Virus record (IMG/VR): IMGVR_UViG_3300043469_000446
Coordinates: 1 to 25,120 of that record
Reading direction: 5' to 3' (one strand)
Length of the DNA: 25,120 nt
Source: a virus
Lineage: Duplodnaviria; Caudoviricetes
Under the pieces are notes generated by a model. The model did not search any database, was not told the DNA's origin, and was given only the letters and a program-made list of their open reading frames with translations. The position numbers and the translations under genes are program-made. Shown here in pieces: positions 23,973 through 25,120 of the stretch; within the stretch, counting starts at the first letter, position 1; every line of letters starts with the position of its first letter.

Positions 23973-24379
23973 TACTTACCTGATTTTAGTCTAGCCTTTT
24001 TAAGTGCTGTAAAGTCCTTAACCTTGGTATCTCCAAGGTATCCCCATGCATAACCATCATTAATCATCATATCGTTAAGAGATACTGTGTCTCCATTAAT
24101 ATATACCCAGCCTAAAATGCGACCATACTTTTCAGATGAGTCCATCTTCTCAGTCTTGATTACAACAGACTTGGCATCCTTCAAACTCTTCTTCAGGTAT
24201 TCCTTAGCCTCTAGACCAAGAGCCTTCTCAGCAAGATCCTTTGTGCGAGACTCAGGGGTATCAATACCAGCCAGTCTTACACGAGATGCAAATAGGATAT
24301 CAAACCCTAAATCAATAAGAACATCAATGGTGTCTCCATCTACAACATTCTCTACTTTTCTTACATAATATTCATACAT
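23972..24379 (-). CDS. Thermonuclease (SNase-like) family nuclease
   Basis: VVDGDTID, RVRLAGIDTPE, KYGRILG. Confidence 0.92.
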   Translation of the reverse strand: MYEYYVRKVENVVDGDTIDVLIDLGFDILFASRVRLAGIDTPESRTKDLAEKALGLEAKEYLKKSLKDAKSVVIKTEKMDSSEKYGRILGWVYINGDTVSLNDMMINDGYAWGYLGDTKVKDFTALKKARLKSGK

Positions 24380-24382
24380 TAT

Positions 24383-24613
24383 TTATACCGCCAATTTTTC
24401 TCGTTCGTCAATTACAGTTAATGCAAAAGACATCATCTTTTTATATCCTTGCGGATCATTCATAATCTTATTATAGTGGTGTCCACAAAACATTAAATCT
24501 CCAGATATTCCAGTTACTTTAACAAGTGCTTCTGATGGACAAGAATCACAACGATCTGTTGCTTTTAATAGCCATTCTTTTTGAACAACTTCTTCTGTCA
24601 TTGTCATGTTCAT
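24383..24613 (-). CDS. Small actinobacterial-type zinc-finger protein (DRCDxC...FCGHH)
   Basis: LKATDRCDSC...LMFCGHH; the true start may be ATG 24607 (6 nt after TATACT). Confidence 0.8.
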   Translation of the reverse strand: MNMTMTEEVVQKEWLLKATDRCDSCPSEALVKVTGISGDLMFCGHHYNKIMNDPQGYKKMMSFALTVIDEREKLAV

Positions 24614-24622
24614 AGTATACCG

Positions 24623-24808
24623 CTACTTTCTGTTATCAGTGGAATAAAATCCACTACCGTTGAATACTGCTGTTACATTAGAGTATACACGTTCCAGTGG
24701 TAGAGTGCAAGTTTCACACTCATACCCTGGATCGGTATCTTTAATAGATCTTTGTTTGATTACAACTTCAGAACATTGTCCTGTACATTTGTATTCATAA
24801 ACTGGCAA
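24623..24808 (-). CDS. FmdB-family zinc-ribbon protein
   Basis: MPVYEYKC...C...CETC...FNGSGFYSTD; TTG start. Confidence 0.85.
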   Translation of the reverse strand: MPVYEYKCTGQCSEVVIKQRSIKDTDPGYECETCTLPLERVYSNVTAVFNGSGFYSTDNRK

Positions 24809-25120
24809 TTACTTAACCTGACTTCCTTTTCCACCACTAGAAGACTTGCCTGTTGCAGACTTCTTAGCAGCATCTGGAGATGTTGCCTTTACTGGAGTTG
24901 CTGCTAGTTTATTTAGTAGTGGTGCATTTTCTTCACCAGAATAAACTGGACGGCCCCAACCAACTACAGCATTAATCAACTTCTTCTTATTGTTCTTTAC
25001 ATAGCCACGAGTCTTCTCAACACACATTCCGCCGTTGCGCTGATCTCCCTTTGCAGTTCCTGAAGTGTTTCCTTCAATAACTTGGATAGTTCCATCTCCA
25101 TTGTTTTTAATGCAAAGACC
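24809..25120 (-). CDS. CHAP-domain peptidoglycan hydrolase (endolysin), C-terminal part, truncated by window
   Basis: Frame is open to the edge: GLCIKNNGDGTIQVIEGNTS...GWGRPVY. Confidence 0.75.
   Translation of the reverse strand, partial: GLCIKNNGDGTIQVIEGNTSGTAKGDQRNGGMCVEKTRGYVKNNKKKLINAVVGWGRPVYSGEENAPLLNKLAATPVKATSPDAAKKSATGKSSSGGKGSQVK

Noticed and set aside
2937-24368. Antisense or alternate-frame ORFs from the track (e.g. 2937-3215, 4889-5194, 9170-9487, 16797-17210, 20408-20818, 24087-24368)
   Set aside because: They are shadows of well-supported genes, with no motifs or expression signals.

Overview
This window is a segment of a large, AT-rich tailed phage genome, most likely infecting Actinobacteria. 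The host inference rests on WhiB, an actinobacterial-type 7Fe ferredoxin, tRNAs without encoded CCA and many leaderless SigA-type promoters. From 1 to 3503 there is a DUF932-like gene end, tRNA-Asp and small acidic early-type ORFs. From about 3510 to 4180 lies a non-coding element with three 35-nt direct repeats, nested long-range inverted repeats, an orphan consensus promoter and three perfect DnaA boxes. From 4200 to 7700 are small accessory cassettes (GIY-YIG-like, ferredoxin, HNH, PnuC-like). From 7700 to 17133 is a glycan-related block: two GT-A paralogs, two dUTPase-like-fold paralogs around a PD-(D/E)XK nuclease, tRNAs CAT/Ile-TAT/Arg-TCT, and a 7-gene glycosyltransferase/epimerase/methyltransferase operon. 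From 17182 to 25120 a convergent minus-strand block carries a holin-like gene, XapX, two more dUTPase-like paralogs, a GT60-like GlcNAc transferase, WhiB, SLOG, thioredoxin, thermonuclease, zinc ribbons and a CHAP endolysin C-terminus. All family calls come from motif recognition by eye, not from database searches.
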